Below are positions 9,152-22,270 of a stretch of DNA of 64,000 bases, piece by piece. The notes under the pieces were generated by a model. It did no database searches. It worked only from the letters and a program-made list of their open reading frames with translations, and was not told the DNA's origin. The position numbers and the translations under genes were made by a program. Source of the DNA: Lama guanicoe (lineage: Eukaryota). Location of the stretch: contig MU056898.1 in the NCBI GenBank assembly GCA_013239625.1, positions 2,137,717-2,201,716 of the forward strand. Reading direction: 5' to 3'. The first letter of the stretch is position 1, and every line of letters begins with the position of its first letter.

Positions 9152-12100
9152 TGCCACTCCCTGATGGGTCTGGGAAAGTGGGGAGACTGGCTCCCAGAGA
9201 GGTTCCAGGGCTCAGGCTCTTTTTTCAGCTGGCAGGAGTAAGGCCTGGAAAAGGCTGGGCCCCCTGGCAGGACGGGCTTTCGGCTGCCCCCGGGAAATGG
9301 GCCATTTACTTTCTGCCCCGACCATTCTTATTCTGGTCTCTGCAGCCCCGCCCCCCACCCCCTCCATTAATGCTTTTAGCATTGCAGCTCTGGGATCACG
9401 CTGATAGCATTCCTGACCTGGGGGCTCTGGGTCCAGGGCCTCCTTGGGAGGGTCCAAACAGAAGCCCAAGTGCACTAGCTGGTTCTCTGGCTGGTTTCAA
9501 ATTGCCCCCTTATAAAGAGCCCCCGGGAGCTGTCTCCCTCCTGCCCCAGGGAGTGGACAGAGTCGATTGCCGGCCCTCCCCCCACACCTGTCAGATGTTT
9601 CGGAGTCTGAGGGTGGGACTCCTAGTGCCTGGAAACCTTTGGGGTGAGAGCGTCGCAGGGACCCCAGGATCTCCCTGGCTCACTAGACTTGGCCCTGGGG
9701 GACCCTGAAGTGGGTCTCCTGCATCTCGGTCAGCTCTCCTCTCACAGGCGTGGATGCTGAGAACAGGGCTCCGCCGTCTCTGGTCTGAGCTGGTTGCTTC
9801 TATGGCTTGTTTTGGGGGGGTCTTTCCCCTAACTTCGGCTTCTGCCCAGAGTGAAGAGCTGAAACAGGTCTGGCTGCTCAGAGAGGTTGTGAACAGCCGT
9901 GGGGTCGTTCCTTGGAGGATGAACTGCCCTCTGTGCCTTGAATGCCCCACTAGACCAGTCAGAGGCCAGTCTGGGATCAGTGAGGAAGGGGCCGGTGCGG
10001 AGAGACCCCCCAGGCCTGGATGTCCTCACCCCTCAATGCTGTGTGCCCAGGAGGCAGGAGAGGGGCTCCTTTAGCAGACTGGCTCCTCCCTCGAGTGGGC
10101 GGGGCATGTGGTTGGCAGGTGGGGTTCCGGACTCCTCCCAGTGGAAAGGCCTTGTTCCCATTTTACAGGTGAGGAGCGGAGCCTGGAACTCCCGCCCCGA
10201 GGCTGGCGGCCCTGAGGCGGTGGATTCCTGAGCCAGTGTCTGTGGGCTCCAATCGTGTGCCAGGATGGGCCGTGGGTTTTTCACATGTGGCTTTGGGTGG
10301 GGAGACCAGCAGTATGTGGAGCTGGGGGCCTGTTGGTCAGGTGTGCCGAGAGTCAGCCGTTCAGCAGAGCGGCGGTGGGAGCTGAGGAGGTCTGTTCTCG
10401 GAGTGGCCTGGACAGGCGCCTGTGGTCACTGAATAACCAGAACATAAATATCCCTAACCCGGCCACTGACGGCGCCTCTAGGACCGATGGCTAGAGGAGG
10501 GCTCCCCATCTTTCTGTGCCTGAAAGACAAAAGGGAAACCAGTCAATTAACTGTCCTGAGAGCAGTTTGGGGGCCTGGTCCTTGTGGGGCCTTCTCTTGG
10601 AAGTCCCCACTGCTGGCTTCTCCACCTGTGGATCAGATGGCTGCCTCCCTGTCCGCCGGGTCTGCGCTGAGTTTCCTGACCACCTGTCTCCACTGGGCAG
10701 TGGATGAGCCTGTCTGAGCTGCTTCTACTCTGTCTCTCACTGACAGCGAGTCCTGGTTCAGATTTCAGGACAGGTGATGAACTGGGAGGCTGTGTCTTCT
10801 CTGCTTTCCCGGGCCTCGTCCCTGGGCAGGAGGGCGGTCTGGTTCTGGACACAGCCCCCCGGGGTCCTTCCGCCGGTCTTGCTGGTCTTTCCACGTCTCG
10901 GGCCTCTGTTTCTTCCAGATGAAGAGGCAGTGCCGACTGCGTGCACATCGTGATGAGGTCCTGGGGGAGAGCGGCTGCCGCCTGGCTGGAGGGAGGCATG
11001 GGGTTGTCGTCCGTGATGCTGCAGTTCCGTTTTCCTGTAGACACTGAGGATGGACCAGCTCCTCCTGGGTTTGGCGGTGGCAAGATGGCCACCACTAGGA
11101 CGTGACTCATTATGTCACTTTTTCGTGAAAACGTGCTTCTTGTAACAGTTGGTTGATGGGAAATTCTTATTGCATGAGTAGTTCTGTTCTGATCTTATTT
11201 TGGGTCTCAAAAAAAATTGGTGGTAGTGGAACACTGAGTCATTTTAAGGGAAGAGCTGGGCCCCCCTGGACCTCAGCATCCAGAAGGGCCATCCCCTTCA
11301 TCCCCACTGCCTTTGCAGTGTTGAGGTTTCGTGTGCAATGAGTGCAGTTCCCAGACCTGCGGATGTGGACAGTCACCAAGGCCTTGGTGGGCTGGGCACA
11401 GAGGAGGGGGCCTCAGTCTGAGCTGGTGGCTGGGACACCACTGGAGTTTCTTGGGGAGGGAGGTGGCAAGACAAGGGATCTTTGTGCAGCTGCTGAAGCT
11501 CCTGGCTGTTGGGGCACCTTCTCGGGCCCACTGCCCCTAGTTGCCTACTGGGGAGATAGCGATGGAGGGGAGAAGTGGGAAGAGACCCCCCCCAGCTGGG
11601 GGCCAGGGTGGGGAGGCCAGGCCAGTTAGTCCAGCTGTAGGCACTGTCATGAGCTGGGTCAGGCCAGATGGCAGGTGGCAGGACTGTGTGTCCCTTCCAG
11701 CCCTTCTGGGGGGCCCTGGGGGCAGAGGGAGTGGGGATGTGTGTGTGAGGGGCTGGAGCCAGTCTGCCCGGTTCTGCGGCCCTCTGATATTTGGGTGGCA
11801 AAGCTCTTCCCCTCCTGAAGCTGCCTCCTGCACCAGGCACCAGGACTCCCGTCTCATGCTTCACGCTACACAGGAGGCTTCTCTTCTGCTCTCGGTCCTC
11901 GAAGCCTCTCCCTCGCAGGGGGCGGGGTTCAGGGACAAACGGGGCCAGGATGCTCGGGCCCGGGCCAGGGTTGGTGCAGTGAGGGAGGGCGGGGGAGGGA
12001 GACCCTGCACTGGCAGTCACAGCAGCAGGCCTTGCTGGTCCTTGGTCCAGCCTGCTGTCCTCGGGGCCCCGTTCAGCTGGGAGCCGCAGGCCCGCTGGCC

Positions 12101-12464
12101 CTGGTCTCGCGGATGGGGACGGCTGGCCTCAAGTGCTTCCTGATGTGGTCCAGGCCTCACCTGGGCTTCCCTGAGGAGGAGCCTCGGGGGAGAGTGGCTG
12201 CAGCCTTCCCCAGGGGTCAGGGGCTCCGCAGCCAGGGCTCCATGTCTGGACCTCGTGTAGGCTTCGCAGGGGCAGGTGGACGTTTTTGGCAGTTGGGCGT
12301 CTTTCATCCTTTGCACGTCTGGAACCCCCCCTTACCAGAGTGGAGGGACCCCATCTGTACTGGGGAGGGAGAGCAGGCTGGCCTGTGGGAGGTGCTGCTG
12401 TACGGGCCCCGGGGCTGTCGCAAGGTGTGGGCGGCTGGTCACCACCCCCTCTTCCCATCTGTAG

Positions 12465-12569
12465 GGGCTGAGGATCCCCTGGAGACCAGCCTGAGAGCCC
12501 ACGGGGGCCGTGGCGCCAAGCATGCACCGGAGAAGCGGCCTGTGCCCATTCGGAGGAAAAGGAGCATCG
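12465..12569 (+). CDS. PDGFA: PDGFA exon 3 ([35 protein letters not shown]; furin site RRKR)
   Basis: ctgtag|GG...ATCG|gtgagc, 105 nt, phase-compatible with exons 2 and 4. Confidence 0.98.
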
Positions 12570-13926
12570 GTGAGCCTGGTGCTGTGGGCGGGGTGGCGGG
12601 AGGGGCTGGGGGGACCCGCCCCTCTCCTCCAACCGTGGCCTCAGGGTAGCAGGCCCTTCTCTCCTCCCGAAAACAAAGGCAGAGCCTGCTGGGGGGCCCC
12701 CCGCCTCCCGCTCTCCCTGCCCTAGCTGCTCCTTGCTGCAGGCCTGGCCTGGGCCTTGAGTTTCCAGGAGAGGAGAACCATCATAAATTCCTTCAGTGCC
12801 CAGTCTTGTTGGGGCCTGCTCTGGAGGCAGCTTCCCTGGAAGACGGGTGGTGTTTAATTTCCAGTTTGAAACGTGGAGCACGATGTGTTCCTGGCCACGC
12901 TACAGAGCAGTGGGTGCAGCCGTGGGGTGCCTCGTGGGCCCTCCCCGGGGCCCCCACTCCACTCGGGCCAGGCCCACGGGGCCGCCGGCTCAGGTCTGGA
13001 GGACATTTTGGCTCTTGTCCCCTCCTGCAGAGCGTCCCCGGGTCTGCCTGGCTCCTTCAGGAGCCATAGGCTGGTGGGGTCTCCTGGGGCCTCAGGCTCA
13101 GCTCTGAGGGGAGATCTTGGCCCAGGGATGCAGTTAGGGGGTGTGACCCCCCCAGTCCCATGCCACCTGGGGGTCCCCCTGCTGATTCCCCAGGTGACCT
13201 CGGGTAAGTGACTCCCTCCGCATGAGCTTTATTCCTCTAAGAAGACGGTGTTTGTAGCCTCTACTTTTGGGCATGCGCGCGCGCGCTCGCGCGTGTGTGT
13301 AAACGATCCTTGTTAAGGCCCACAGGCCTCCCCAGGTGACGTTTTTCATGAACCTCTATTTTGCATCTCAAAGACCGGGCACTCCAGCAAGGCTTCAGGA
13401 CCCTCTACTGAGGCTCATCCTGCTCCAGACAAGGGTCCTGCTCCAGACGGGCAGTTGGGGGGGGGGCGGGGAGGTGGCCAATGTCCACGAGTAAACAAGG
13501 GCTGGACCAGAAGCCTCTTTCCCTGTCTCCACCCTCGGCCCCACCTGGCCGGGCACCCTGGGTCCTTCCTGCCTGCTGGATGCTGGGCTGGGCCCTGGGA
13601 GTGGCACCCCTTCTCCCACTGGGGCGGCCAGACCCCAAAGGGGTGGTCTTGATCTGCTGGCTCGTCCCTGGAGATCGTCCAGGCTGCGCCTACCCACCGA
13701 GTCTCCCGGCAGGAGGGAGCCCTCAGAAAGCAGGGACGGCTGAGAGGCTGATGCTCCGCCACCCCATGATCCCCCCAAACCCCAGGCACCCGGGCAAAGG
13801 CCAATGGGGGAGGCTGCAGGGCTTGTGTGAGCCCCCGGTGTGTGGGTGGCTTTCCAGCCCTCTGCGCCCACCCTTCCCTGGGGTGTCCCCTCCGGGCCCT
13901 CAAGCCCCTGCTCGTCTTTGGGCTAG

Positions 13927-14532
<606 letters not shown>

Positions 14533-17500
14533 TAGTTGGAGCTGCCTGGCGTCTCCTCCAAGCCCTGGAGAGCTCCCGAGGGCACTTGAGTGGGGGTTGT
14601 GGTGTGTGGCTGGGGTCCCCCACTGGAGACAGGAGGGGAGCACTGGTGGGGCTGGGCCGGTGGCTGGCTTCCCCTACAGCTCAGAACTCAGGCCGAGGGG
14701 CCAAGCTCGCTGCCTGCCTCGCCGGCCCTCCACCCTATCTGTAAATCTGGGAGGGTGCCCCATTCCACTGGACGTGCGTGTTGAAGGAGCTCTGGCCAGA
14801 AGGGTCCTTCTAAGGTGCTGAGGTCCTGGGGACTAGGCCCACCATCCCAGAAAGGTGTGCTCTGCTTGGAGACCCGCAGGCCCCGTGGCTTGGTTTGGAG
14901 GTCTTTGCCGCCCACCTGTGGCCCCTGGGAGCCAGCATACAGCCGGAGTTTGCCAGGAAGCCCTCTCCAAGGAGGGACCGGTCGTGACAACCTCTGAGGG
15001 CAGCACTGCGGGCATGTGTGGGGGGTCACCTCAGATGACACGTCTGGGGCTCCTCTGCTGAGTCCTCAGGTCACTGGGCAGCAGTGTGGGGGTCTGGCTT
15101 TTGGCCCCGTGGCTGGAAGCTTTTCTCGGCCTGGGTTTGTGCCCCTCAGGCCCCACTCGCCTCATCTGGGATGGGTCTGAAGCAGTGGGACTCTGTGTCT
15201 GGGGCTGAGAAACTCCCAAGGTGACAGTGGCCTTGCTGCTTGGAGGCGAGTCTCCCTGCATCTCCGAAGGGCAGGGTTGGAGGGGAGGTTTTAGGGTGTC
15301 TCCTGGCTTCTCCGAAGGTGGCCGAGCCTGGAGAGTCCTGGGGGCTCCTGGTCTAGGGGAGGGGCTGCCCTCCTAGGAAACTGGCTCTGGGTGGCCATGG
15401 TCCTGGGTGACCCTGGGCGTGTAGATTTGACTGACACCTTCCACAGGGAGCGGCCCTGCCCCTGGCCCAGCTGAGCTTCCCGTGGCAGGTGGGTTTGTTT
15501 CTCCTGGAGTGAGGACTTCGGTTCTGGGGGTGCATTGAAACTTGTTCCTTCACTAGAATTTATTTCATATCCCCTGCAAGTCTGGGGTCCGGGCCTGTTG
15601 GTGTTGGCTGCAGGCCCCCAAGCGAGGTGGGGGTTAAGGACCCTGGTGGTCGCCATGTGGGAAGCACTTTAGACCCGTGACTGGAGCTGGTTTGACCTCG
15701 GGGACTCAGTCCTCTGCATGCTTGGGCATTGAGCAAGCAAATTCCGCGGCCTGCTGCCCTGGGTTTTGAGGTGGACACTCCCCTTGGGGCTGAGCTGCCC
15801 CTGGAGTGCTGATCTGGGGCGGGGCTCCCAGCGCCGGCGCCGAGCCAGCCCTGCGCCCGGGCTGCCCCTGCTGCTGGGGGAGCCCAGCTCTTCCTCGGTT
15901 CAAGGTGGAAACAGGCCTGACTCCCCTGGAGCCCCGAGAATCTGGGAGGCTGCGGTCTGTCTGTCTTGAATGTGGAGGGGCACCCTAGCGTAGACTGTCC
16001 TGCATTGGGGCTTTGGGGGCTGTCCTTGGGGCCTCAAGACGGGACGGAGGTACAGGGGAGCTGGCATGGACTGGGACTCTGCCTGGTGGGCCCCAGCCTC
16101 TGGGGACCCTCGCTGTTCTCATTCTTGCTTCCCCGGGGTGGGAGGACAGGGAGTGTCCAGTCCTGGGGTGGGCGGTGATCCGCCTCGCCTCTGGTCCCCC
16201 CTGAGGAGGTGGGCGGGCGTCCAGAGCTCCGCAGGGGTCCTAACAGCATGCTGGTGGTCTGCCTGGGCACAGGCCCCACTGGCTCGGGGCAGGTAAGGGA
16301 GCAGGGCTGGGGGCTTCCCTCACCAGGGCTTCACCTGCCCAAGGGGTCAGTCCTGCTGTGGAAGCCGGGGCCCCGCCCCTGTCTCCCTCTTCGGGGAAGG
16401 CACCTCCTCCCGGCACGCCCATCAGAAAGTTGGCGGGAAAACATCCGGCCCCAGACACTGGGGGTTCTGGGGGAGAGGAGACAAGGTCAGTGGGAACAGG
16501 AGGCCCATTGTGGAGGCCAGCCCGGCCCCAGCCTGGCCAGCAAGCAGCTCCTGCTCCCATCTGGGGCTGAGGGCGAGCAGGGAGGGGACCCCTAGGAACC
16601 CCAGACTGGGTGCATGTGTGATGGGTGCTGGGGGCCGGCGTGAAGACGGCGTCCCTGGTCTCTCCTGGGTTTCTCATTCACCCTGCCGAGGCCCAGGATG
16701 TAAGCTGTCCAGCATGCCGTTGGCCGGAGGCGGCCCCTGGTCCTGGTGTCAGGACGTGCTGGGGTCCACGGCCCCCTCCGCAGCCCCCCACTGCTGGGCA
16801 GGCCTCCGGCCTCTCACACGTCGCAAGTTTGGGCTGCTCTTGGTTTCAGGGCAGCGTGCGGGCCAGGTCTCCAGACGCCGAGACCTAGCTCTGTGCCTGT
16901 GTCCAGGGTGGTTGGCTTCAGCTCTGCTTTGCTAGACCTCAGGCTTCTGGAAGGTGGGTGTCCACCCAGGATACCCCAGATGGGCTTCTGCCCCCGTAAT
17001 GGACGGGGAATGGTGGGGTGAGCGGTCCCGGCCATCAGCCATTGCTGTTTAGGGGTCCAGTTTGGGGGTTTGGGGGGAAAGCAGCAATTCCGGCAGCGTG
17101 AGTCTCAGGTCCAGGGCCCCCGAGTCCCTTCCCCCGTGGGCAGGGATGCCCGATGCTTGCCCGAGGGGGTCGGGGAGGCCAGCGTCTAGGGAGCAGAACC
17201 CTGCCTCAGGAGCATTGCCCGTCAGCTTCAGGCCCGGGAGCTGGGGTCTCTGTTCTCTGTGCTGCTGTGGCCTCTTGGCCAGACTGAGGAAAAGGGCTCC
17301 CCACCACCTGCCTGTGAACCAGGCCGAGGTCTGTCTGCCGAGACTCACCCTGCAGGACGGATCTCTGGCTCAGGACATCCCCTGGTTAAGGGGCGAGCTT
17401 AAAGTGGCCGCGGGCTCCCGGCCCAGGCCTCCTTCCAGCGAAAGAAGCCTTGTCTGTGCCCCGCCTGGACACGGTCGGCACTTGTGCCCTTGCAGGCGGC

Positions 17501-20021
17501 TGGGAGTGCGTGTGCCAGGCACGTGGTGTTCAGTGGACGCCAGCGTTGACCCCGGGTGGAGCTCTGGATACCCTGGAGGGGTCGCCTGCAGCCTGGGGCT
17601 CCCCCTGGCCTTCATGGGGCTCCCGCAGCATAGCAGCCCAGCTGGGGAGGCTGGTGCGCGGCCGGCACTCAAGTCCCCCATCTGGGAGGGTGAGGTTGCA
17701 TTCTGGGGTGGCGCTGCCCCAGGAGTGCGCAGATGGGCTGTTCATGACGCAGCAGACTCTGAAGCGGGGAATCTGAACGTCTGGTTTTTCAGGTGCAGCC
17801 CAGACTCCCGAGATAAATGACGGGGAAGGGTGGGGAGACTTGGGGCCCTGAGTATGGGTCTGGGGACGAGGCGACGGATCCCAAGGACGTACACGTCTTG
17901 ATCTGTGGCCTTGGCTGGTGTGGAGGATGCTTCTGAGAAGTTAATATTCATGGCATGTGCTTGGGGGAAAAATGTAGCCGTTTCCTGGCCAGACAGAGGT
18001 GGCGGATCCGCCTGGAATCCGTGCATACCCAGAAGCAGGTGCAATCATAAATCCCTGTTTGTTTTCCTTTGATAAGAAAAACAAGATTTTTCTCTGAAGA
18101 GGAAGTGGGTTCCAGACCGGAGTGGCCAGTGTTGTGTGCCCTTCACGAGGGTACAGCGGGGGCCACGCTGCTGGTGCGTCCACTTGTCCCGTGGCCTGTC
18201 TGCCGGGCTGTCTGGTGGAGAATGAGCCTGCCCCCCGCCCTGGAGCCTAGGTCCTGGTATCTGGAGAGGAAGCTGGGGAGGTGCTCACTGACCAAAGGGG
18301 CTGAGCCGTCCAGAGGGCTGGTCCGAGAACAGGACTGCTGCCCTGCTGGAGCCCAGCCCCTCGTACTGCCCGCCTGCCCTGCCTCCCTGTGTTCCCCCAT
18401 GGAGGGTCCAGGAGGCAGGGTGTGGGGATACTTGGGCACCCAGCGTGGGGAACCAGGTCTCTGTCCCCACTACCTGAGCCACAGGGGAGGGGATAAGGCT
18501 GGTGAGGCCCTGCAGAGGCAAGAGGGGATGGGTCTCCCAGTTACTGCCTGGGCAGACTAGGGGCTCCTAATGCTGGTGGGGTGACTGGGGTGAAGCCAGG
18601 GTCCTCTGCCCTCTTGGGAGACCTGCTGAGGGGCACCCCACCCAGTGCCCTGAAGGGGAGGGTCGCTCTGGGACCCGCGTTCTGCCCAGGACCGAGGGGG
18701 TCTGGGGCTGGTTTCGGCACGGACGGGCTCTGTGTGAAGGTGCCTGCAGCAGGGCTGTCTGGAAGGTGACCCGGTCCCACGTTCCAGGGCTTCTGCACAT
18801 GAGACCTTGTTTGTTCCTCACTGTGACCCCTGGGTGGGTGTGGCCCATGTCCCCATTTTACATATAGGAGGGCGGAGGCCTCTGCCCGCTCCCCGCAGAC
18901 GCCTCTCCCAGGCTCTCCTGTGGGGAGGGCAGGTGGGGGGCAGCAGACTCCCAGGCCTCCCCGAGCGGAACGGACTCCGTCCTGCAGCTCTCCTCCCAGG
19001 GCCGCTTAGGCAGCCTCCCAGGCCTGGCCCCCATTCTGGCCTGGCCCCCGTCGCCTCCGTGAGCCGTGTATACTTTCCACGGCCACCAGGCACCAGCACC
19101 TCTGCACCTTGGGGTAACAGTTCTGCGGCTGCGTGGCCACAAAAGTCTGGACAAGCCTTCGGGCCAGCTGGCCTGTGGGGCGGGCGGCCCAGTCCCCAGG
19201 GTACAGGGCTGACCGCACTGCCCTGGTGCTCCGGCTTCTGGCTTCTGGGCTCTCTGTAGAGGAGTCTGGAAGGTGGTCCCCTCCCCGCTGCCCCTCCTGA
19301 CTGTCTCCGGGCTGGGGCCCCACTCACCCCGCCTGCTCTGGACCATGAGCCGGGCTTCCCGGAGCCTCCACATGCTCGAGGTGTAACCCGGTGGGCTCTG
19401 CCCCTTCCTGCCTCAGTCTCCCCAGGCGAACGGTGGAGTGGGTGGTCCCCCAGAGGGTTGTTCCCGGGACCTTGGACCTGGGCGAGGCTGCAGGGCTGGG
19501 CCCAGCCCCAAGTCAGGTGGCTGTGGGGTCCTCATCTGGAGTCTGCATCGAGGCTCCCTGTGGGCCCTCGGGCCTTGGGCTGGTGGGCAGGAGGGAGTGT
19601 GGTGCCCTTACCACCAGTTACACACACAGCAGCCCTGTCCCTCGGCTGCTGTAGTCAAGTGCACGTTTGAGAATTTCTCCCGTTGCCCCAGATGCCCGTA
19701 AGACATGGACGCAAACCCCTTCCCTTGCCCACCCCTCCTCAGAGCTTCCACCTTGAGTGCATCCTGCAGGCTGTCTCCCGGCACACTCAGGCCCTTTGCA
19801 TTTAAGGTAAAATGGGACCAGACCACAAATGCTGGACTGAAGGTGGTGGTTATTTCCCAGTGCCCTCGCCTTTCCCACTGGGAGGAGGTCAGAGGTCAAA
19901 AGTTGAGCCTACACCTCCCTCCCGGCCCGGGTGGGACCCAGCACGTCCCCTGCTCCCAGCGACTCGTGACATGTGCAAGGCGAGGCTGCAGTATTCACAG
20001 CAGGGCTGTTGTCTCGGGCAG

Positions 20022-20148
20022 GTGGCCAAGGTGGAATACGTCAGGAAAAAGCCAAAGTTAAAAGAGGTCCAGGTGCGGCTGGAGGAGCACTTGGAGTGCA
20101 CGTGCACGACCGCCAGCCCGACCCCGGGCCACCGAGAAGAGGAGGCAG
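20022..20148 (+). CDS. PDGFA: PDGFA exon 5 (VAKVEYVRKKPKLKEVQVRLEEHLECTCTTASPTPGHREEEA)
   Basis: gggcag|GTG...GCAG|gtacgc, 127 nt; terminal CxC of the cystine knot. Confidence 0.98.
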
Positions 20149-20679
20149 GTACGCGGGGCTGTTGTCACTGTCACTGCTCATGGAAAGGGCCCAGAGCCTG
20201 CTTCTGCAGCCACGTCCCGTGGGCTTGGTGGGCCGTGGGGTGGGGGACTGCAGCGAGAGGCCTGTCGGCCGTTTGCTAACCTGCCAAGTGGATTCTGCTC
20301 CCGTGGGCATCACTGCAGTGTGAGGGGGTGTGGTTGGGCCGGCTGTGCAGGTTAAGTCTGTCTCCCCAGTTGGGCGGCTAGTGGGTTACGTAGTAGAGAT
20401 GTGGCTGAGGAAGGGCCCCGCCCTGGTGGGTGCGGGCTGCTGGCCGCAGTGTTACTACTAGTCAGGGTCCTGGCCTCCCCCTCGGGTGGACTTCGCCCAG
20501 AGCGATGTGGCGTGGTGACCGCTGTATGGGGCCAGCTCGAGGGGACCAGGAAGTATCTCCGAGCCAGCGACGTCGAGCTGTTTTATAGAAAGACAAACAC
20601 CCCAGGTATTTACTGCTTCAGTTCCCACCTGACAGCCCTCCCTTGGGCCTGCTCACCCTCCCTGCCCTTCTGTCAACAG

Positions 20680-20735
20680 GAAGGCGTAGGGAGTCAGGTA
20701 AAAAACGGAAAAGAAAAAGGTTAAAACCCACCTAA
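20680..20735 (+). CDS. PDGFA: PDGFA alternative exon 6 coding part (basic retention motif GRRRESGKKRKRKRLKPT*); exon extends to 20748
   Basis: caacag|GA...TAA(20733-20735)...CCAG|gtagga, 69-nt exon; long 211-aa isoform. Confidence 0.97.
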
Positions 20736-21049
20736 TGCGGCCAACCAGGTAGGAGCCGTCCACGGATGTGCCGCAGTCCCGGGTGGGGGCGTGATGACTG
20801 ATCACTCGGTGAATCACCCTGGAGGCGAGGATGCGCCCTGATTGGCCCTGATCGACTGCGAGCTTCCGGTGTCTAGCTGGGCTGTGGGTCTCCGCGCTCC
20901 CATCCCCGGTTCCCCCACCCGCTGCGCAGGACGCCTGACTCACGGCTCCTCCCCCTCTGGGGCCCCTGCTCTGGCTTTGGTCCTTGTTGATTGGGGAGTC
21001 AAAGGCATCACGTGAGTGGAGTGATTTGGGTTCCCTGAGCAGCAGTGGG

Positions 21050-21135
21050 GCAGCTCTGTTTGTGAGCTGGGATCACCGTGAGCAGGTTGCCCACCCCATT
21101 TGACAGATGAAAAAACTGAGGCTTCAGGGGTTACA
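21050..21135 (-). mobile_element. MIR fragment
   Basis: CCCCATTTGACAGATGAAAAAACTGAGGCT, MIR core. Confidence 0.6.
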
Positions 21136-21289
21136 GATAAGGATTGTTGGAGACTGAGGAGATACTTCAGGCTGAAAATGCTTTATAAATGTATAGGGCT
21201 ATTGGCTGCTGTATTGGAAATTATGTTTGGATTCTAGGAACACACTGGAAACAGGAGTTGAGAGAAGGTTGAGACAGGGAGACCAGAGC

Positions 21290-22200
21290 ATGCATGGCTC
21301 TGAGTCTCAAAGTATCATCAGGGACTCTCTTCTTTCCAGGACTGGTGGTATCCATCCTCAGAGTTGCCTCATGGCCCAAAGTGGTTGCCAGAGCTCCAGA
21401 AATCACATTCCCCTCCAGGCTGGAGGAAAGTGTAGGGTGGGGAGAAGGGTGGAAGGACCCAGTGACTTTTGCTTTGATCTCATTGGCCACTCCTCCACTG
21501 CAGGGAGGCCTGGGAAAGGTGGTCTTTCAGAGGGCCTTCCCAGAGGAAAGTGGATGTGGGCAACCAGCATCATGGAGGAGGTGGTTTTAAGCCTTCCTGG
21601 TCCTTTGTGTTGGCCTGTCTGGCTCCGGAGAGTCTGGTCCTTGCTTCCAAGCATGTGGGAACCCTGGCATCCAAAACCACTGGCTGTGAGAGGAATTCTC
21701 ACAGACAGGTGTCTGGAGCCGGGCTCCAGCTGGGCAGTGTGTGACAGCCAGGCTGGGAGCCTCCGAGGCCCACAGGGCAGTTGCATTCATGGATGGATCC
21801 TGAAGCAGCCTCCAGACGACTGCTCAGCCTTGGCTTTGGGTCCCGAGGGTGGGGTGCTGGGGCTGGTATTGTGCCTGCCTGTGCATCCAAGTCTGTGGCC
21901 ATTGGGCTTGGCCTCCATGGGCCAGCTGATGTTGGAGACCTCTGCTGGCACTCGGGCTCTGGGCATGTGGTGGTTCAAGTACCGGGATGAGCCACAGACA
22001 GGTGATAAAGGGTAGGGGAGAGATGCTCTTAGCTGAGCTCAGTGTAGCTCTGCCTGGTCACAGGAACCCCTGTGTCTGGCTCATGGCATCCATCCTCTCA
22101 GGGTTGCCTCATGGCCCAAAGTGGTTGCCAGAGCTCCAGAAACCACATCAAGCTCTGTAGACTGGAAGAAAGAGGGAGGTGAGGAGAAAGGCATAAGAAC
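21290..22200 (-). mobile_element. ERVL-MaLR (MLT1-type) remnants in intron 6: two LTR-like pieces 740 bp apart
   Basis: CATGGCCCAAAGTGGTTGCCAGAGCTCCAGAAATCACAT resembles the reverse complement of the MLT1 segment also seen at 36918-36957. Confidence 0.45.
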
Positions 22201-22270
22201 CTTTCTGGGACTCAGTTTTCCCCATCTGTACAATGGGAGAATGGGGGTTGCTCTGAAGCCATGTTCTGTG
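22200..22270 (+). mobile_element. MIR fragment
   Basis: CTCAGTTTTCCCATCTGTACAATGGGA, MIR core. Confidence 0.6.

Noticed and set aside
18001-18012. 12-bp palindrome GGCGGATCCGCC
   Set aside because: Expected by chance in 64 kb of GC-rich sequence; no supporting context
19999-20021. In-frame upstream AGs before exon 5 (would add QGCCLGQ or GCCLGQ)
   Set aside because: They lie only 2-6 nt after the likely branch point (TATTCAC, A19997) and lack their own pyrimidine tract; extra cysteines would disrupt the cystine knot
20733-20748. Exon 6 as a poison (NMD) exon
   Set aside because: The stop lies only 13 nt upstream of the last junction, inside the ~50-nt rule; this is the known long isoform
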